Source: Trichodesmium erythraeum IMS101 (GTDB taxonomy: Bacteria > Cyanobacteriota > Cyanobacteriia > Cyanobacteriales > Microcoleaceae). Taken from it: a stretch of DNA of 32,000 nucleotides. The notes beneath the pieces are model-generated. The model saw only the letters and a list, made by a program, of their open reading frames with translations. It did no database searches and was not told where the DNA came from. The stretch covers positions 2,490,001 through 2,522,000 of the forward strand of contig NC_008312.1 of NCBI RefSeq assembly GCF_000014265.1, written 5' to 3'. A program made the translations under genes and the position numbers. Positions 27,962-32,000 of this stretch are shown in pieces (positions within the stretch are counted from its first letter, which is position 1; every line of letters starts with the position of its first letter).

Positions 27962-30014
27962 CTGCCCAGTCCTCTCCATAATCAGCATTGCTCGGTTCGT
28001 CGATTTGACTTGCTTCCAACACCTGCGAATCCCCATCCGATTTTGGTTGAAAATTTGCCATAGTTTCGGTCTGAACGACAGTTTCCTTTTGGGAAATTGT
28101 GGCATTGGCTAGATTTTCGACGCTGTTGTAGAGTTTGTTGAGTTGCTGCAAAGGAATTGCTAGCTGCTTGAGTTTTTCTTGCTTCTCTCGCTCGGTGAGC
28201 TTGCGAGTTTCCTGAATAGAACGTAACGTGCGATCGCAATTTTGCTTTAACTGTCCGATCTTTTCGCTCAAATCATCTGTCATCGCCCGCTTTAATTGTA
28301 TAACAGTTTTATTCAAAGACTGTTGACAAAGCTCTTGACTTTCTCTGATAAACTGCTGGATGTGCGGGTTGATTTCTCTTTGAGCGGCAGCTGTATCCTG
28401 TTTCTTAACTTGGGATACTCCTTGTACTACTCCAGATGTAAGTCCCGCTATTCCACCAATTGCAGCACCAATTGACGAACCAATAACAGCTCCGGGCCCG
28501 GCTCCCACACCACCAAACAGAAAGCCGATACCTGCACCAACTGCTCCTCCTACCGCACTAGCAAGAGTTCCCCCGGCCGTAGCATTAAACATCCCACTGC
28601 GCGTTACGCTCAGGGTTTTTTCCCACCATCCTGACTTCTTAATCTCTATGCTATCTGTTGATAGTTCAGTTTTTTCCCAGTCTAAAGAGTCAAGATTAGA
28701 GATACCAAGCTCCAATCCACTTGATGTCTCAATTTGGTAATGCAAGCTGGCTGCTTTGCTGCTAACTTGCTTTCCTATGTCAGACATCAGGGTATCAATA
28801 TCCCGCTCGACCAACTTAGCAATCTCCGCTGGTTTCTCTAACAATTTGCTATCTTTCATATAGTCATTTGCCCACCCCTGAACTTTGGTAAAGCCACTGC
28901 GCAATTGAGCGGACAATTCCATGCTGATATCTTCGATACCGCGACTTAACTGCTTTTGCCAGTTGGTGTTGTCATTTTGGAGATCTTGAAAGCGTTGCTT
29001 TTCATTCTGGAACTGGCTTTCCAGCTTATCAATCTCTTCTTTGCTTTGTTGCTGGCAAGTTGACAATTCAGCCTGGATCGGCATTTTCATATCCCTTAAA
29101 GCTGGTCCCAGTTCTCCCAGAGCACGGATCAGCAAAATGTAGCCCTTCTCTTGGGTGAGTAGTTTCCCCAATTCTGACTCTAATGCTATGAAGTTGCTAT
29201 CCTCTAAGTCTTCCTCATCTTCATGCTTTAAGTAGTCAAGGTAGTTGTGGCTAGATACAGGGACGATCGGAATTTCATTGCCAGGACGCTGTAGCACTTG
29301 GGCTAGTTTTTCCCTGTTATTCGCCACGATAGTTTGGTAGTCTGCTTTAGAATCTATTTTGGTAACAACGAAGATAACGTTGGAAATAACATTAGGACAG
29401 CGATCGACAATAAATTTCAGAAATTTGAGTTCGTCTTCTGACAGAGGGTTTTTGACATCGCTAACAAAAAGGATGGCATCGGCTTCGGGGATGAAACTGT
29501 AAGTAATTCCCGTATGTTGGGTATTGAGTCCCCCCACGCCAGGCGTATCCACCAATACTAAACCATCCTTCAGTTTTTGGTTAGGCGATTCTATAACCAG
29601 CATCCGAGCTTGACGCTTGTTTCCTTTATTGAATTTCTCGTTAGCATAATTGCCTATTTCCTGGCGTTGAATTTTCTCTTTCTTTTCTTTACCTGGTTTT
29701 CCCAGGATAACCGTAATTTGTTCCCTTTCTCCGTAAGCGATCGTGGATACAATACCGGTGGCAATATCAGCATCTACCGGGAATAAGTCGTCATTGGCTT
29801 CCTTGAGAAGTGCATTAATCAAGCTAGATTTTCCTTCCTTGAACTCACCGCAGACTACAACCAGCAACTTACCCTCAAGTAGACGTTTTTGAGCTTCGCC
29901 CAGACGCCGCTCTATATCTCTGTATTTATAGGTTTTGGCAAAGGATATTGCTGATTGCAACAGCTTTAGGGTCTGCTGCTTCTGTTCCTGATATCGTGCT
30001 TGGTAGGTAGGCAT
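27954..30014 (-). CDS. Dynamin-like GTPase 1 (BDLP/LeoBC-like) with glycine-zipper hydrophobic membrane segment, 686 aa
   Basis: G1 VVVCGEFKEGKSSLINALL, G3 VDTPGVGG, G4 VVTKIDS, helical stalk. GGTLASAVGGAVGAGIGFLFGGVGAGPGAVIGSSIGAAIGGIAGLTSGVV is followed by a coiled coil and an acidic tail. RBS GAGGAAAG precedes ATG 30014. Confidence 0.85.
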   Translation of the reverse strand: MPTYQARYQEQKQQTLKLLQSAISFAKTYKYRDIERRLGEAQKRLLEGKLLVVVCGEFKEGKSSLINALLKEANDDLFPVDADIATGIVSTIAYGEREQITVILGKPGKEKKEKIQRQEIGNYANEKFNKGNKRQARMLVIESPNQKLKDGLVLVDTPGVGGLNTQHTGITYSFIPEADAILFVSDVKNPLSEDELKFLKFIVDRCPNVISNVIFVVTKIDSKADYQTIVANNREKLAQVLQRPGNEIPIVPVSSHNYLDYLKHEDEEDLEDSNFIALESELGKLLTQEKGYILLIRALGELGPALRDMKMPIQAELSTCQQQSKEEIDKLESQFQNEKQRFQDLQNDNTNWQKQLSRGIEDISMELSAQLRSGFTKVQGWANDYMKDSKLLEKPAEIAKLVERDIDTLMSDIGKQVSSKAASLHYQIETSSGLELGISNLDSLDWEKTELSTDSIEIKKSGWWEKTLSVTRSGMFNATAGGTLASAVGGAVGAGIGFLFGGVGAGPGAVIGSSIGAAIGGIAGLTSGVVQGVSQVKKQDTAAAQREINPHIQQFIRESQELCQQSLNKTVIQLKRAMTDDLSEKIGQLKQNCDRTLRSIQETRKLTEREKQEKLKQLAIPLQQLNKLYNSVENLANATISQKETVVQTETMANFQPKSDGDSQVLEASQIDEPSNADYGEDWADG

Positions 30015-30034
30015 ACTTTCCTCGCAAAAATTAA

Positions 30035-30571
30035 TTAGTTTTTGGTTAAGAAGTGGTCAAAAAACTTTGAGCCTAGAACGCGATAATACGGCTCCAGGGA
30101 AGGTTCCATCAAAGTCCGCAAAAGCTGGCTAAATCCTTCTTTCCATTGTGGAGAAAAAGATTTCCCTTGAGCCAGTTTCTCAAGCATTTCCTCATACATA
30201 GCTAACAAGCGCCTGCGCTTTTCTTGATATTCCCCCACTGTCATCTGGGCTACTTCTGCATGAGGAAAAGTACCAACCTCCTTTTCCCAATTTGCTTCCG
30301 GCCAAGGATTGCTATAGCGGAAGTTGAGGTATTCGACTATCATTTGGTTAGACCAATCCCAGGTTATTTTGGCAAACGGTGGAAATAAAGCCGTCTGAAC
30401 TTTGCTCTGGGTATGAGCACCAAAAAAAGGTAAGGTGACATAGACTTTTCCACCTTTGCGTTGGGGAATTGGCCATCCGCTTTGCGCCTCCATTGGTACG
30501 AGCTGGCGAAAAAGTGGAGTTTTGCGGATGTCTTCCATCAAATTTTCAATTTTCTGCTTTGTTTGTTCCAT
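30035..30571 (-). CDS. Hypothetical protein (178 aa), no recognisable motif; operon member
   Basis: Clean ORF with ATG at 30571. It lies 18 nt after the upstream gene and 20 nt before the dynamin gene, with the same strand and composition. Trp/Pro-rich (WPIPQ, WDWSNQ, NPWPEANWEKE). Confidence 0.65.
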   Translation of the reverse strand: MEQTKQKIENLMEDIRKTPLFRQLVPMEAQSGWPIPQRKGGKVYVTLPFFGAHTQSKVQTALFPPFAKITWDWSNQMIVEYLNFRYSNPWPEANWEKEVGTFPHAEVAQMTVGEYQEKRRRLLAMYEEMLEKLAQGKSFSPQWKEGFSQLLRTLMEPSLEPYYRVLGSKFFDHFLTKN

Positions 30572-30589
30572 GATTTTCGTGCTTAGGTT

Positions 30590-31852
30590 TTAGACTCCTC
30601 CCAATATGCCAAATAAATAATAACCAACGCTAATAATATCGGTACCGCCGACGGCTTTTATCGTTCCACCCATATTATGAACCTTATGACAACTATCAAC
30701 CCATCCAACCTGAACTCCTTTGGCATCGTACACATTTCCATCGGCACCTAACTTTCCAACGTAATATCCTTGAGTGTTATAAAATTCACGGGCTTTGACA
30801 CTTCCCACCGAGCTACCATTTATATAGCAACTACCATCAGGATAGACATTAAAATAGTCGTTACAGCCCAAGATTAAATCATGGGAATCGTGTTGTTGCA
30901 GGTCTCCAGAAAAGATTAAATCTTGTTGGTGAGTATTCTGGTTGTCATGTACGTTAGTAGCAACTAGATAGTTACCGCCCGCGGCCCAAGCCTTCTCAAA
31001 TTGCTCCAAGGGAACCATCATCCCGCCTCCATCAGGAGAGCCGGGATCGTTGAGAACAACTTTTGGATGCAGGGGGTCTGACTCTGGGTATACAATCCCA
31101 GTAACTTCGACTGCATGGTCGGCTTGCTGGCCGGGAATACCTGAGTACTCATTTAAGGTTTGATTTAAGTTTGCCTCTTTCTCTGACATCCAGATTTCTT
31201 CAGAGTTTACTCCTACAATTACCTTTTCTCCACGAGCTAATTTGTCACTCAATTCTAGAGTAGTTCCACCAAAATGACGCTCTACGGGGATGCCGTGTTC
31301 TTCTAAGAGATGGCCAACATGGTATGCTGGTGTTCCGCTACCTGGGTGATAACATCCGTCAGCTATAGCTTCTCTACAGAGATCGTTTTCTGAGAAGTGC
31401 TTTCCCGTGAGGTTTTCCAGAACGAATTGTTGGGAGACAATGGCACAATCATCGGCGTAGCGTTGTTGATGCCAGCATTCCATGTCGTGACCAGGATCTC
31501 CAATCACTAAACCATCGGGGTGTTCTGGGTCAAAGTGTTGGTGAGCCGAATATTCTGACTGGTCTTCGGTGTCTCCTAATAAAGGGGAATAATCGCCGCT
31601 ATCTTCTGCGGGTTGAAAGTGCCAGTCGTCTAGCTGACTGCTAGAATCGTCTAAGAAACTGTAATAATCAGTTTCGTAGGCATCGAAAGTATGCAAATTC
31701 GAGTCATGCTCGTCGTTACCCAAATCATGCTCGGTGTCGGGGGTATCGGAGTCGTAATTATGACCGAGGTCATCAAGGTTCGAGTCAAGAACTTCAATGG
31801 CCGCCTCTTCTAAGCTGTCCGTAACTAGCGAATTGTTATCAAATATGTTCAA
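30590..31852 (-). CDS. Papain-fold cysteine peptidase, C39-like domain, with acidic/His-rich N-terminal region and hydrophobic C-terminal tail (420 aa)
   Basis: Q-x5-C context HQQRYADDCAIVSQQFVLENLTG (Cys codon 31445..31447). His context QADHAVEVTGIV. Asp context VVLNDPGSP. The order Gln/Cys/His/Asp matches C39-type peptidases. TTG start at 31852 with AAGGAGG 8 nt upstream. C-terminus ...IISVGYYLFGILGGV. Confidence 0.65.
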   Translation of the reverse strand: MNIFDNNSLVTDSLEEAAIEVLDSNLDDLGHNYDSDTPDTEHDLGNDEHDSNLHTFDAYETDYYSFLDDSSSQLDDWHFQPAEDSGDYSPLLGDTEDQSEYSAHQHFDPEHPDGLVIGDPGHDMECWHQQRYADDCAIVSQQFVLENLTGKHFSENDLCREAIADGCYHPGSGTPAYHVGHLLEEHGIPVERHFGGTTLELSDKLARGEKVIVGVNSEEIWMSEKEANLNQTLNEYSGIPGQQADHAVEVTGIVYPESDPLHPKVVLNDPGSPDGGGMMVPLEQFEKAWAAGGNYLVATNVHDNQNTHQQDLIFSGDLQQHDSHDLILGCNDYFNVYPDGSCYINGSSVGSVKAREFYNTQGYYVGKLGADGNVYDAKGVQVGWVDSCHKVHNMGGTIKAVGGTDIISVGYYLFGILGGV

Positions 31853-31886
31853 TTAACCATCCTCCTTGCTATGTAAATAGACGATC

Positions 31887-32000
31887 TTATGACAACAGTT
31901 TTTTGAAAAAGTTAGTCACTCCCGATAATGCTTTTGCTGCTGTTAAGGATTGACGAGCATCTTCGTGGCTAGGATCGAGGCGGATTGCTTCTTCATATTC
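31887..32000 (-). CDS. 3' end of a TPR-repeat protein gene (partial, continues beyond the window)
   Basis: The minus-strand frame reads EYEEAIRLDPSHEDARQSLTAAKALSGVTNFFKKLLS*. The ..A..yeeAirldP.h..A pattern is a TPR repeat end. The stop at 31887..31889 lies 34 nt upstream of the peptidase gene start. Confidence 0.6.
   Translation of the reverse strand, partial: EYEEAIRLDPSHEDARQSLTAAKALSGVTNFFKKLLS

Noticed and set aside
27962-28239. N-terminal extension of dynamin-like GTPase 2 (to 28105) and the minus-strand ORF 27982..28239
   Set aside because: Both overlap the 3' end of dynamin-like GTPase 1 in other frames. The ATG at 27961, overlapping the upstream stop (ATGGATAA), gives a sensible N-terminus about 45 aa before the P-loop. 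Extension text such as MPQFPKRKLSFRP looks non-genic.
29577-29786. Plus-strand ORF of 69 aa
   Set aside because: Antisense within the GTPase domain of dynamin-like GTPase 1, with no motif.

Overview
AT-rich cyanobacterial chromosome segment. Identity rests on psaF-psaJ, a Tic22-like gene, HIP1 (GCGATCGC) sites and kilobase-scale non-coding spacers. A Trichodesmium-like filamentous host is inference only. Bases 1-21.5 kb are mostly housekeeping: a CPA2 antiporter, a C-N hydrolase, psaF/psaJ, tsaD, three GNAT acetyltransferases, tRNA-Pro(UGG), Tic22-like, prmC, tsaC, a histidine kinase with a degenerate ATPase domain, and threonine aldolase. This stretch is interspersed with decay, starting with a nonsense-interrupted TpsB transporter relic. 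tsaD is split after codon Cys-319 by a 2,037-nt group II intron (6955..8991). The intron keeps its GUGCG 5' end, domain V and a bulged-A domain VI, but its RT/maturase/HNH ORF is wrecked. Bases 21.5-25.3 kb are a junkyard. They hold an IS4-like element with 45-nt imperfect IRs, a 9-bp TSD and a shattered transposase, plus an unusual 24-bp GC-rich hairpin. They also hold a PPC+CAP/SCP-domain gene destroyed by a second IS (Harbinger-type DDE, two nonsense codons), a deletion and frameshifts. The most interesting part is 25.7-31.9 kb on the minus strand: a compact, GC-richer five-gene operon. It encodes a C39-like papain-fold peptidase, an unknown 178-aa protein, two dynamin-like GTPases and a GrpE-like protein. 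The last three are linked by 8-nt ATGNNTAA start/stop overlaps. A TPR gene lies just upstream and runs off the window. The tandem dynamin pair resembles LeoBC/LeoA (Eleos) or BDLP pairs. I cannot match the peptidase and GrpE-fold partners to any described system. No rRNA or CRISPR array was seen.
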